Assembly: GCA_040260805.1 (NCBI GenBank) | Contig: JBDQPD010000065.1 | Location: 1-19,350 of the forward strand | From: Myxococcota bacterium | GTDB taxonomy: Bacteria; Myxococcota; UBA4151 | DNA: 19,350 nt | Direction: 5' to 3' | Part shown: piece by piece, positions 1 through 9,499 of the stretch | Position numbering within the stretch: the first letter of the stretch is position 1 | Layout: each line of letters opens with the position of its first letter | Notes under the pieces: generated by a model | What the model was told of the DNA's origin: nothing | Seen by the model: only the letters and a program-made list of their open reading frames with translations | The model's database searches: none | Position numbers and translations under genes: made by a program

Positions 1-2
1 AC

Positions 3-482
3 ACCATTGAGCATGGGTTCTGGCTCAGCGATTATGCCCTGGAGGTTCTAGGTCAACCCGGACGAGCGCTGGTCCCCACGCTGGCTGCGTTGATCTGCAT
101 GCGCCGCATGGGCGATGTTTTACCGGCAGAGATTCTCGCCAAGCTTGAGGAGTGCGCGGTCCCCCACGCCGACAGTATTCGTCGGGCTCATGCTGCAGGT
201 TGTTGCATCGCAACAGGGACCGATGCCGGAACACCTGGAAACCCTCACGGCAACATCGGCGTCGAGTTAGCGGGGCTGCATGATCATGGTCTAAGCGCCG
301 GCGACTGCTGGCGAGCGGGCACGAGCAATGGCGCAAACGCCATGGGCTTAGACGATCGAGGGCAACTCGTTGCGGGGCGACGGGCTGATCTGATCGCGCT
401 GCGGACGGAAGACTTCCACGCGGTCGCTGAAGACTTTCAGCCATCCCTCGTCATGCGCGGTGGCGCCGTGCTGAGAGGCTGA
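3..482 (+). CDS. Amidohydrolase family protein (Xaa-Pro dipeptidase/imidazolonepropionase-like), C-terminal part, 5'-truncated by the window edge
   Basis: The frame of ORF 90..482 is open back to nt 3 and reads TIEHGFWLSD...LVPTL; it continues with ATGTDAGTPGNPHG and G.L..GRRADLIAL...VMRGG, typical amidohydrolase_1 C-terminal motifs. Confidence 0.9.
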   Translation, partial: TIEHGFWLSDYALEVLGQPGRALVPTLAALICMRRMGDVLPAEILAKLEECAVPHADSIRRAHAAGCCIATGTDAGTPGNPHGNIGVELAGLHDHGLSAGDCWRAGTSNGANAMGLDDRGQLVAGRRADLIALRTEDFHAVAEDFQPSLVMRGGAVLRG

Positions 483-492
483 GCCCCAAAGG

Positions 493-1887
493 CTACTTCT
501 TGAGCGCCGAGACGATGGCGTCCATCGAATCCTTGGCGTCGCCAAAGAGCATCCGCGTATTGGGTTCGTAAAAGAGCGGGTTGTCCACGCCTGCGTAGCC
601 TGTCCGTCGACTGCGCTTCATCATCACCGCACGGCGCGCTTTCCAAACCTCGAGCACCGGCATGCCAGCGATCGGGCTGTTCGGATCGGTTTGAGCGCTG
701 GGGTTCACGATGTCGTTGGCTCCGATGATCAAGACGATATCGGTGTCCGGGAAGTCATCGTTGAGCTCATCCATTTCGAGCACGATGTCGTAGGGCACGT
801 TCGCCTCAGCGAGCAGCACGTTCATGTGACCCGGCAGCCGACCCGCAACCGGGTGAATCCCGAAGCGAACTTTGGTGCCGCTGTCTCGAAGAATATCGGT
901 CATCGACCGAACAGCGTGCTGCGCTTGAGCGACCGCCATTCCGTAGCCAGGTACGATGATCACAGACTCTGCGTCCCTGAGCTCGTCAACGACATCATCG
1001 ACGTCAAACTCTTGGATCTCGCCTTCAACCGCTTGAGCGGGTCCCTTTGACGACCCGCTTGAGGTTCCAAAGCCGCCAAAGATCACATTAACGATCGAGC
1101 GGTTCATGGCTTTGCACATAATGTACGACAAGATGGCGCCGGAGGAGCCGACCAGCGCGCCGGTGATGATCAAGAGATCATTACCGAGCATGAAGCCGGC
1201 TGCCGCTGCCGTCCAACCTGAGTAGCTGTTGAGCATGCTGACCACGACCGGCATATCGGCACCGCCGATAGCAGCCACCAGGTGGACGCCGAGCACCGAT
1301 GCGACCGCCGCCATGATCAAGAGATAGGTCAGGCCGCTGGTTCCCTCTGCTTGGCAGAACTGAACACTCAGAACGACGCAAGACACCACCATAGCGAGGT
1401 TCAGGAGGTGACGGCCGGGCAGTAAGAGCGGCGATCCGCTGACCGAGCCGCGCAGCTTCAAGAACGCCAGAACAGACCCGGTGAAGGTGATCGCCGCCAA
1501 GAACACATCGACCGCAATTTCGATCAGCATGACCGTGCGGCTGCCGTGATCTGCGCCGGATTCATCTAAGTACAAGGCGAAGCCGACAAAGACAGCAGCC
1601 AGACCCACGAAGCTGTGCAGAATCGCCACGAGCTCAGGCATGGCGGTCATCTCGACGCGTGCGGCAAGCACTGCGCCGATCAGCGCGGCCGCGGCGATCG
1701 CAGCGAGAATCGGTACGTAGCCGGTGACTTGGTCGGACATCACGGTCGCGCCGATGGCGACGAGCATTCCGACGATCCCATACCAGTTGCCGGTCTGAGC
1801 CGTCTCCTGGCTGCTAAGACCGCGCAAACTCAGGATGAAGAAGACCGAAGCGAAGAGATAGGCGGCAGTAAGAAGCATCTGTTCCAT
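493..1887 (-). CDS. pntB: NAD(P)+ transhydrogenase subunit beta
   Basis: 464 aa multi-TM protein with [68 protein letters not shown] and [10 protein letters not shown]. Confidence 0.98.
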   Translation of the reverse strand: MEQMLLTAAYLFASVFFILSLRGLSSQETAQTGNWYGIVGMLVAIGATVMSDQVTGYVPILAAIAAAALIGAVLAARVEMTAMPELVAILHSFVGLAAVFVGFALYLDESGADHGSRTVMLIEIAVDVFLAAITFTGSVLAFLKLRGSVSGSPLLLPGRHLLNLAMVVSCVVLSVQFCQAEGTSGLTYLLIMAAVASVLGVHLVAAIGGADMPVVVSMLNSYSGWTAAAAGFMLGNDLLIITGALVGSSGAILSYIMCKAMNRSIVNVIFGGFGTSSGSSKGPAQAVEGEIQEFDVDDVVDELRDAESVIIVPGYGMAVAQAQHAVRSMTDILRDSGTKVRFGIHPVAGRLPGHMNVLLAEANVPYDIVLEMDELNDDFPDTDIVLIIGANDIVNPSAQTDPNSPIAGMPVLEVWKARRAVMMKRSRRTGYAGVDNPLFYEPNTRMLFGDAKDSMDAIVSALKK

Positions 1888-1899
1888 GACGTAGCCCCC

Positions 1900-3447
1900 C
1901 TATTTCCGGAACATCTGCAGCATGCGCTTGGTCACCAAGAAGCCGCCACTGATGTTGATCGTTGCAAAGAAGATCGCTGCGACACCCAAGAGGGTGGCAG
2001 CCGATTCAATCGAGCCAGAAGCCTGCAATAAGCCGCCGACGATAATAATCCCACTGATGGCGTTGGTCACCGACATGAGCGGCGTGTGCAGCGCATGGGT
2101 CACATTCCAGACCACCTGCCAACCGATGAAGCACGCGAGCACAAACACGGTGAAGTGTTGCAAGAACGCTGAGCTCGCATCGCCGGCTTCGGCGCCTGCG
2201 CTAAGTTTGAGATAAATCCAAAGGGCAGCGAGCGGCACCGTGGACCATAACAGCCATGGCTTAGCGGGCGCTTCTTCTTTGACCACCATCAGGTCCGCTT
2301 CGGGCGCCGCAGCGGGTTTAGGCTGCGGGGGCGGTGCTGCGGGTTTGGGAGGCGGCCAGAGTACATCTCCATTTTGGCAAACCAGAGCACCTCGAACGAC
2401 CTCATCTTCGTGATCGACCGTGAACTCACCCTCTTTGGTCATATCGCTCAGTAGATGAACTAGGTTCTGAGCGTACAGCTGGCTGGCGGTGACCGGTAGG
2501 CGGCTGGTCAGGTCGCGATGACCGACGATCGTTACTCCGTTGATATCGACCACTTCGCCCGGAACCGTCTGAGAGCAGTTACCCCCCTGCTCCGCCGCGA
2601 GATCAACCACTACAGAGCCTGGTTTCATGGCAGCGACCATCTCATCGTTCCACAAGATGGGCGCTTTGCTCCCGGCAACGAGCGCCGTCGTGATGACGAT
2701 ATCGACCTCACGAGCTTGATCGAGGAAGAGTTGGTTTTGAGCCTCTTTGTAGGCGTCGGACATTTCTTTTGCGTAGCCGCCTGCGGTCTCGCCGTCCTCT
2801 TCGATCTCGACTTCCAAAAACTCGGCGCCTAAGCTGCCGACTTGGTCCTTGACCGCTGGACGCACGTCAAAGCTGCGAACAATCGCACCCAAGCCACGCG
2901 CTGCGCCGATGCTCGCGAGGCCGGCGACTCCAGCGCCGACCACCAAGACCTTAGCCGGCGGAACCTTGCCCGCTGCGGTGATTTGACCGGTGAAGAAGCT
3001 CCCGAAATGGTTAGCCGCTTCGATCACCCCACGGTAACCGGCGATGTTCGCCATCGAACTTCTAGCGTCCATTTTCTGAGCCCGGCTGATGCGCGGGATG
3101 CAACAGATGCCCAGCACCGTTGCGCCGGTTGCGCCGAGCTGGCCTGCAAGCTCTGTGTTCTTAGAAGGGAGCACATACGAGATCAGCGTCTTGCTTGAAT
3201 CCAATCGACCGACTTCAGCATCGGTGGGCGGATTGACCTTCAAGATGATGTCTGAGGCAGCCCAGACATCGTCGGCTAGGCTCGCTCCGGCCTGCTCGAA
3301 CGCCGAATCGGCGAAGCTCGCTAAAGCCCCCGCTCCGGTTTCGATACAGACTTCGTAGCCGAGCTTGATCAGTTTTTTTACGGATGCTGGAGTCGCCGCT
3401 ACTCGACGTTCGCCAGCAAGAGTCTCTTTGGGGATCCCGACACGCAT
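1900..3447 (-). CDS. pntA: NAD(P)+ transhydrogenase subunit alpha (single-chain type: NAD-binding domain plus TM domain)
   Basis: Start reassigned to ATG 3447 ([16 protein letters not shown] upstream); motifs [32 protein letters not shown], a Pro-rich linker, and [14 protein letters not shown]; adjacent to pntB. Confidence 0.97.
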   Translation of the reverse strand: MRVGIPKETLAGERRVAATPASVKKLIKLGYEVCIETGAGALASFADSAFEQAGASLADDVWAASDIILKVNPPTDAEVGRLDSSKTLISYVLPSKNTELAGQLGATGATVLGICCIPRISRAQKMDARSSMANIAGYRGVIEAANHFGSFFTGQITAAGKVPPAKVLVVGAGVAGLASIGAARGLGAIVRSFDVRPAVKDQVGSLGAEFLEVEIEEDGETAGGYAKEMSDAYKEAQNQLFLDQAREVDIVITTALVAGSKAPILWNDEMVAAMKPGSVVVDLAAEQGGNCSQTVPGEVVDINGVTIVGHRDLTSRLPVTASQLYAQNLVHLLSDMTKEGEFTVDHEDEVVRGALVCQNGDVLWPPPKPAAPPPQPKPAAAPEADLMVVKEEAPAKPWLLWSTVPLAALWIYLKLSAGAEAGDASSAFLQHFTVFVLACFIGWQVVWNVTHALHTPLMSVTNAISGIIIVGGLLQASGSIESAATLLGVAAIFFATINISGGFLVTKRMLQMFRK

Positions 3448-3566
3448 TTGAGTCCTCGCGATCGATCGGTTTGACGGCGCAGAACCTAGGGAAAGCCAGC
3501 ACAACGGTCCAGCCCTGCTTACCAAAAGTTGTCATGAGGCGTTTACAGGAACCTGAAGCGAACGGG

Positions 3567-4715
3567 TTATAGACCCTTAGAACTGACCAGAACCAGTAGA
3601 TCTCCGGTGTGCGATACCGGCTCAGATAAGGTGAGTAAGCGACCGCTCTGAGCGAACCATGTTCCGGAATCGTGGCGCTCCATTGCAGCTTTTAGAGCAC
3701 CTAACTCAGGCTGGTCGTCGCTTGAATAGTAGGCGCCCGCTGCGCCGCTGTTCCCGTCGCAACCGTCGGCAGCTCCGCTCACGAGCGACCACGATGGTGG
3801 CGGTTGGCCATCAAGAATCCATCCGCCCACTAACTCGAGGTTTCGCCCGCCAACCCCTTGGTAAGGCCCGGCTACTGTGGTCTCGCCGCTCGCGACGAGC
3901 GCATTGTAACCCTTGGGAATATTCAACCCTGCGCCCACAGATCGAGCCTCCCCCTTGAGCGTCGGAGCCTGAAAGACTCGATAACCTAGAGCGGTCAGTT
4001 GATGCGTCGCTGCACGCGCTGCGGTGCGATGATTGGCGATGGTTAGTCCGTCACCGCTTAAACCCAGAAAGGGTCCCGAGGACACGCAGCCGTTGACGGC
4101 ATCACCAACGTCGTTGAGCGTCAGCTGTGTCCACGCACAAGGTGTTTGGTGAGCTAAACGGCCATCTTTAATAAGACTGCGTTGCGCTGCCCGCTGGTTT
4201 ACATGCTCAATCGACAGTCCAGCACTCAGATCCTGCGCCCGCGCCTGAGCGAGGCGCTCCAGGGACCAACCAGGCGAAGGAATTTCGACCATCGCTGAGG
4301 CGCCACCGCTCATCAAAACCAGCAGATGATCGTTTGGACCCAGGTCAGCAAGCCACTGCTGAAGCGCGGCGCCAGCGATGAGGCTGTCGCGCGTGATCGA
4401 GGGATGGCCTCCACGAAAAACAGACCAAGGTCTCCCCAACGATTTTCCAGTCAGGGTGACGGCGAAACCCGTTTCGATTCGACCCCCAAGACGGAGCGTC
4501 GCAGCACGAGCAAGCTGGGGTGCAGTCTTGCCTAGCGCGAGCACATGGAGTCTGTTTACCCGATAAAACAGGGGGTGTTGGCGCCATGTCAAAGCGCCTG
4601 ATTCGGCGTAAGCTAACTCGGTCAACTCGCTAGCCTGCTCCAGACCACGCATCCCGGCGCGCCAGCTTTTTAGGGCGTCGGCGTGCAATGTCGGGCTCGA
4701 TATCGGATTGTTCAC
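3567..4715 (-). CDS. Glycerate 2-kinase-like protein (DUF4147 + MOFRL domains), divergent
   Basis: LALGKT, GGHP, LLVLMSGGASAM, SSGP, GEAR, SGETTV, GGRNLEL and DGCDGNSGAAGA follow the MOFRL family motif order; probable GTG start at 4715 with AGGGGAG upstream (the ORF track starts at 4736). Confidence 0.82.
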   Translation of the reverse strand: MNNPISSPTLHADALKSWRAGMRGLEQASELTELAYAESGALTWRQHPLFYRVNRLHVLALGKTAPQLARAATLRLGGRIETGFAVTLTGKSLGRPWSVFRGGHPSITRDSLIAGAALQQWLADLGPNDHLLVLMSGGASAMVEIPSPGWSLERLAQARAQDLSAGLSIEHVNQRAAQRSLIKDGRLAHQTPCAWTQLTLNDVGDAVNGCVSSGPFLGLSGDGLTIANHRTAARAATHQLTALGYRVFQAPTLKGEARSVGAGLNIPKGYNALVASGETTVAGPYQGVGGRNLELVGGWILDGQPPPSWSLVSGAADGCDGNSGAAGAYYSSDDQPELGALKAAMERHDSGTWFAQSGRLLTLSEPVSHTGDLLVLVSSKGL

Positions 4716-4780
4716 CGAGGCGTCTCCCCTTTCCACGATGTAATCTTGCCCGTATGACCGGATCCGGAAAAGGAGATGTC

Positions 4781-6277
4781 ATGCGTCCTTTGGCACTTTG
4801 TACGCTGTTTGTATTGGCCTGCTCGACCGCACCCAAGGCGCCTGAGGCGAAGCCGGAAGCGCCAGCAGCCGAGGCTGCACGCAAGGTCGATGGCGATATT
4901 TTGAGGATTTTCCACACCAGCGATGAGCATGGATGGTTTGCTGGCCGCTACAGTAAGTCCCACGATGTCCGCACGGGCGGCTTTGAGCTGTTGAGCCGAT
5001 ACCTCAAAGAGCACGGCTTTGATCGAGATCTCGACGTCTTGGTATCAGGTGGCGATTCATGGACAGGTCCTGCGATGAGCACGCTGCTTCAGGGCGAGCC
5101 GATGGTCCAGGCGATGAATCATCTGGGCTATCGTGGCGTGGCGATGGGTAATCATGAGTTCGATTTTGGGCTCGAGACGTTCACTCGCAACGCAAAGGCA
5201 AGCTCTTACACCTATCTCGCAGCTAATATGCAGCTCCCGGAAGATAAACCGCTGCCGGTCAAAGGGCATATCATCGTCGACACGGGTGGGTTTAAGTTAG
5301 CGATCATTGGGCTGATCTATCGTGAAACCGAGAAGGTGACGCTTGCGACGAATGTCGAGGGCATCGTCTTTAGTGATTATGCTGAGAGCGCTCTAGCAGA
5401 GGCTCAAAAGGCAAAAGATGCGGGCGCTCAAGCCTCGATCATTCTGATGCACGACAACGCTGCCGAGCTGGCTCCTGTCGCCAAGCCGCTTCATGCGCTC
5501 GGCGTGCGCGCTGTACTCGGCGGACACATCTATCAGCCCTTCGAGATGGAGTCTGATGGGATCGCATTTTGCGTGCCCTACGATAAACTTCGCGAGGTCT
5601 GCCAGGTCGAGATCAATAAAAAGACCGGCAAGGTTGAGTTGGTCCAGCGAGACCCGATGGGCAGCCGGGACAATGACATCAACGATCCGGTGCTCAAGAA
5701 GATCTACGAGGACGCTAAAGAAGAGGTCGCCCAGCGCGGCAAAGAGGTCCTTGCGAAGACCGTTGGACCATTGGGGCGAAAAGGCGGCAGCCAGAAGAAC
5801 TCTCTGGGGCAGTTGGTCACCCTGGCGTGGCTCGAACAAATTCCCGACGCTGAAATCGCCATCAACAACCGCGGCGCGCTGCGCTCGTCGTTTGAGCCCG
5901 GCGACATCACCGTGCAATCAGTGATTGGTTTGCTACCGTTCAACAACACCGTGGTTCGGGTGAACTTGAACAAGGCGCAGCTGACCGAGGTCTTTGCCAA
6001 CCCGCAAACGATCGCCGCTGGTGCTGAGTTGCGTGATGGCAAGATGTACGTGCGTGGCAAGGAGCTCAAGGATGGGGTTACCGTCCGGGTGTTGATCAAC
6101 GACTTCATGCTCGGCGGCGGCGACGGCTACCGTTTTAGAGAATACGACCCTAAGCCCTTAATGCTTGGCATCCCGTGGCGCGCTCCGGTCTACGACTACC
6201 TGCGTGACAAAGAGTCGGCGATCAGCGCTGCGTCGCTGCGCAAGGCGTGGGAGTTCATCAGTCGCGGCGGGAAGTGA
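4781..6277 (+). CDS. 5'-nucleotidase family bifunctional metallophosphatase (UshA/CpdB-like), predicted lipoprotein
   Basis: ATG 4781 after AAGGAG; signal peptide with lipobox VLAC; HTSDEHG, GGD, GNHEFD, GGH; C-terminal nucleotidase-domain motifs LPFNN and NDFMLGGGDGY. Confidence 0.92.
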   Translation: MRPLALCTLFVLACSTAPKAPEAKPEAPAAEAARKVDGDILRIFHTSDEHGWFAGRYSKSHDVRTGGFELLSRYLKEHGFDRDLDVLVSGGDSWTGPAMSTLLQGEPMVQAMNHLGYRGVAMGNHEFDFGLETFTRNAKASSYTYLAANMQLPEDKPLPVKGHIIVDTGGFKLAIIGLIYRETEKVTLATNVEGIVFSDYAESALAEAQKAKDAGAQASIILMHDNAAELAPVAKPLHALGVRAVLGGHIYQPFEMESDGIAFCVPYDKLREVCQVEINKKTGKVELVQRDPMGSRDNDINDPVLKKIYEDAKEEVAQRGKEVLAKTVGPLGRKGGSQKNSLGQLVTLAWLEQIPDAEIAINNRGALRSSFEPGDITVQSVIGLLPFNNTVVRVNLNKAQLTEVFANPQTIAAGAELRDGKMYVRGKELKDGVTVRVLINDFMLGGGDGYRFREYDPKPLMLGIPWRAPVYDYLRDKESAISAASLRKAWEFISRGGK

Positions 6278-7886
6278 TCGCGCCGAGAAGCTCATTGAGG
6301 GGTTTGGATAGCGGTTGATAACGGAGCCCTCGTTTCAAGATGCTTTTAGCCTCTTGAAGCTCGCCTCGTTGCCCATAGTAGACCGCTAAGCTGTGAAACG
6401 TCATCGCGTCTTTGGGGTTTAGACAGGCTGCTGTTCGCCAGAATCGCTCTGCGCGGCGGTGCTGCCCATCGATCAAGGCTCTTTTGCCGGTCTCAAATGC
6501 CCGCGTGGCTAGGTCGGGGCGATCGAGCGCCAGGCAGTCCTGGTCGCCGGCTTTATCCAAGGATCCCTGGCGTAGTACATCGTCAAAGACTGCAGTTATC
6601 CCCGCTCTGGCGAGGTCGTAATCAGGGATCAAAATCAAGGCTCGCTCGTAGGATTTAATCGACTCGACCGGCCGGAGTTGCTGTCGATGCCACGCTGCGA
6701 GTTGAGTTTGCAGGATCGGACTGCTTGGTATGGATGAGGCCAGTTTGGGGATGCGGTCCTCTAGCTGCGAATGCGTGGTGATCTCACGCTGAGTCGCAAA
6801 CGCGAGCACGCAAAGCGCCACGATCACGCCCCATGGGGCTCGCCTCGCCTCGTGGGCGTTCTCCCCACTTGAGCGCTCGACCCAGGTCGCATTCTCGGGA
6901 CGACTGAGTCGCCAGATGAATCCGTCAAAATAGAAATGTAAGAGCTGCGATGCGGCCAGGAGTCCGACCCCTAAACGGTGGAAGTCAGAGCCTGCCTCGC
7001 CTGGCGCTCCCACTGCGCCGTAGAGCATGCACGCAGCGAAGTAGAGCGCTATTGAGCCGAGCCCCCTGCCGTAGAGCCACGCCGCGCTCGGTCCGCCTGC
7101 GCCTTGGTTAAGCCGGGTGCGCCCCACCCACCAAACCAAACTCAAATACTGGAGGTCATGGAAGATCTCAAAGAGCGCTAAGCCGACGAGCATGTGCGTG
7201 ACCGTCAGATTGCAAAACCACCAAAACGCAATGCTGCTCGGGATCAACAAGAGCCGACCTGGATGAACACCTTTTAGGCCCTGTCTCCATTGGACAGTCA
7301 GCCAGACCAAGCCAACGAGAACCATGGCCAGGATCGCTAGGGTCCGCAGGACTTCTAGAGCCGGCGCTCCGGGGATTGGGAATCCCATCCGAAGCGCAAA
7401 GTCGAGGAGATAATGCTGCCTCAGCGGCGACGCGAGGACACCCCCAATAAAACCGACCTGGCACACGATCAGATCCCAACGAGCGACCCATTCGCTAGCC
7501 CCTTGAAACCGACCGTAAATACGAGCGATCCCGTAGGTTTGCATGAGCCCATGCCAGATCCCCCAGGCATAAGCTGCGAGGATAAGGACGGAGAGATCAG
7601 CCAGTGAGAAGACCAGCGCAAGACTGATGATGATGAGCGGACCGCCGATCAACCGGGAGCGATGCGCAGTAAAGACGTCACGATCACCGTACGCTCGCAG
7701 CCAGCCCGGCAGATGATGCCCCTGAGCACCGAGCGCGAACACCCAGGCATTGAGCGAGCGCTCGTCCGCCAAACCCGATCCTAAAAATAGCGCAACTACG
7801 GGTATGATCACGAGTGGTAAGCCAATCAAAAGCAGCAGGTCCTGCTTGGGACCGGCGATCCATCGGTGGCTTGTGATCGTATTCAT
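6258..7886 (-). CDS. Uncharacterised polytopic membrane protein with His motifs and C-terminal TPR-like repeats
   Basis: 542 aa; many hydrophobic segments over the first ~365 aa; TPR-like tail (YERALILIPDY; LAVYYGQRGELQEAKSILKRGLRYQP); 3' end overlaps the nucleotidase gene by 20 nt. Confidence 0.8.
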   Translation of the reverse strand: MNTITSHRWIAGPKQDLLLLIGLPLVIIPVVALFLGSGLADERSLNAWVFALGAQGHHLPGWLRAYGDRDVFTAHRSRLIGGPLIIISLALVFSLADLSVLILAAYAWGIWHGLMQTYGIARIYGRFQGASEWVARWDLIVCQVGFIGGVLASPLRQHYLLDFALRMGFPIPGAPALEVLRTLAILAMVLVGLVWLTVQWRQGLKGVHPGRLLLIPSSIAFWWFCNLTVTHMLVGLALFEIFHDLQYLSLVWWVGRTRLNQGAGGPSAAWLYGRGLGSIALYFAACMLYGAVGAPGEAGSDFHRLGVGLLAASQLLHFYFDGFIWRLSRPENATWVERSSGENAHEARRAPWGVIVALCVLAFATQREITTHSQLEDRIPKLASSIPSSPILQTQLAAWHRQQLRPVESIKSYERALILIPDYDLARAGITAVFDDVLRQGSLDKAGDQDCLALDRPDLATRAFETGKRALIDGQHRRAERFWRTAACLNPKDAMTFHSLAVYYGQRGELQEAKSILKRGLRYQPLSKPLNELLGAITSRRD

Positions 7887-8018
7887 GACAAACGCCTCGC
7901 TGGTATATCATGGGTTCAACGGGCGCATGAGAGCAAATGCTGCTAATGTCTTTTCGTGGCGGGCTTGTGACCTTGAAAAATCTGAGGCATGACCACCGCG
8001 TTATACAGGAGTCGCCTA

Positions 8019-9098
8019 ATGAAGCGTTTCGCCGTGTGTCTTTCAAGCTTTGCTCTTATCGTCGGTTGCGGTGCAACTGAGGACGGTGATTCGACCCCGA
8101 CGTGGGAAACGATCGTCCACGAGGGTGAGTGCAATCAAGCTGACTACAGTGTCGAGACTGGCACCGCCGTCTTCGGCCGTAAGCAGGGTAAAGAGTTCTT
8201 AGGATACAGCGCAGTGGGCGCTGATGGCTACGACAAGCTCGAGTTCACCTCGTTCTTGCTCGCCGACGAGACGGAGCCGCTGCCGGCTGGCTCGTACGTT
8301 CTTGATGCTGAGGACGGCAACGACGCTGAGCCTATGGTCCGTGCGTATCGGGACTGCGACGCCGATGGCGCCAATTGCAACGAGGTCTATCAAGCGACGG
8401 GCGTGCTCGTGATCGAGTCGAGCGGTGTCGTCGGCGAGACCTTCCGGGCTCGTCTCAACAACGTCAGCTTTGAAGAGATGGATGAAGGCGGCGCTGAGCC
8501 GAAGCGTCGTGGGACGACCTTTTGTGGAAGCAACGTACGCTGGGACTCGGCGATCGAGACCAACGTGATGGGTGACTGCAGCGCAGAGGGCGAAGGCAGC
8601 GCCGTGGGCGACAAGCTCCGCGACCTCGTGTTAAAGAACTGCTACGGCGACACCGTCTCGGTTCATGATAACTGCGGTCACGTGAAGGCTCAGGTGATGG
8701 TCCTGACTGCGAGCTGGTGCTCCGCCTGCCGTACTCGCCTCCCCCAGACCGAACAGCTGATCACGCAGTACAAGTCGCAAGGCCAGCCTGTCGAAGCGTA
8801 CTACATCTTGGGCAACGGCAACACTCGTGGCGCCCCGGCGACCCTTCAAGAGTGCTTCAGCGATGCCCAGGCTAAGAGCATCGACCCGGCTCGAGTTCTT
8901 CTCGATGATGGCAACGGTCATGCTGGCTTCAACGAGACCTTCCGCCGTGGCTGGGCAGATACCTGCGATAGCGGTCTCCCGAACTACATCGTCCTCGACG
9001 GCGACGACATGAGCCATAACTTTGCGTCGCGTTGCCCAGATGACCCACGCGCTCAGACCGGCTACACGGCAGCGATCGACGAACTTCTGGACGATTAA
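8019..9098 (+). CDS. Lipoprotein with C-terminal thioredoxin-like (TlpA/redoxin-type) CxxC domain
   Basis: ATG 8019 after AGGAG; lipobox IVGC; VGDKLRDLVLKNCYG..V, then VLTASWCSAC (CSAC at 8718-8729) and a cis-Pro-like GLPNYIVLD. Confidence 0.82.
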   Translation: MKRFAVCLSSFALIVGCGATEDGDSTPTWETIVHEGECNQADYSVETGTAVFGRKQGKEFLGYSAVGADGYDKLEFTSFLLADETEPLPAGSYVLDAEDGNDAEPMVRAYRDCDADGANCNEVYQATGVLVIESSGVVGETFRARLNNVSFEEMDEGGAEPKRRGTTFCGSNVRWDSAIETNVMGDCSAEGEGSAVGDKLRDLVLKNCYGDTVSVHDNCGHVKAQVMVLTASWCSACRTRLPQTEQLITQYKSQGQPVEAYYILGNGNTRGAPATLQECFSDAQAKSIDPARVLLDDGNGHAGFNETFRRGWADTCDSGLPNYIVLDGDDMSHNFASRCPDDPRAQTGYTAAIDELLDD

Positions 9099-9101
9099 TC
9101 G

Positions 9102-9497
9102 ATGATGGTTAGCTTTCGACATCTCGGCTTAGCCCTTGTTCTTCTGTCGTCTCCGGCGCTGGCGCTACAGCCTCCGCCGGACGCTGGAACTTCGGCAGAC
9201 GCAGGCGTGAACGAGCCGGCATCAGACGACGCAGGCGGAGCGGTCGGCGACACCGGGGCATACCCGGACAGCGGGTGCCCGGATGGGGTGTGTTGCATCG
9301 TATTGCCCGACTGGGACGCTTCCGCATTTGATGCAGGTCCGGTGGACACTGGCGCCCGTCGACGACGTCCACCTCTGGATGCAGGCGCAGCGACTCCTCC
9401 CGATGAGGGGGGCTTTGGCTGCTCGGCGGGTGGCGCCGCTTCCCTGCTGTGGATGCTGCCTCTAGCCGCTCTGCGGCGTCGGCGTCGGAACGTTTAG
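9102..9497 (+). CDS. Small secreted low-complexity protein with MYXO-CTERM-type sorting signal
   Basis: N-terminal signal peptide ending ALA; eight D-[A/T/S]-G tripeptides; C-terminus GGFGCSAGG, hydrophobic stretch, RRRRR. Confidence 0.8.
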   Translation: MMVSFRHLGLALVLLSSPALALQPPPDAGTSADAGVNEPASDDAGGAVGDTGAYPDSGCPDGVCCIVLPDWDASAFDAGPVDTGARRRRPPLDAGAATPPDEGGFGCSAGGAASLLWMLPLAALRRRRRNV

Positions 9498-9499
9498 CG

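Noticed and set aside
3448..3566. Riboswitch or leader upstream of pntA, and the 26-aa N-terminal extension in the ORF track
   Set aside because: No recognisable aptamer or strong hairpin; the conserved PntA N-terminus and RBS place the start at 3447
4688..4780. Head-to-head overlap of the kinase-like and nucleotidase genes implied by the ORF track
   Set aside because: RBS-supported starts at 4715 (minus) and 4781 (plus) remove the overlap and leave a 65-nt divergent gap
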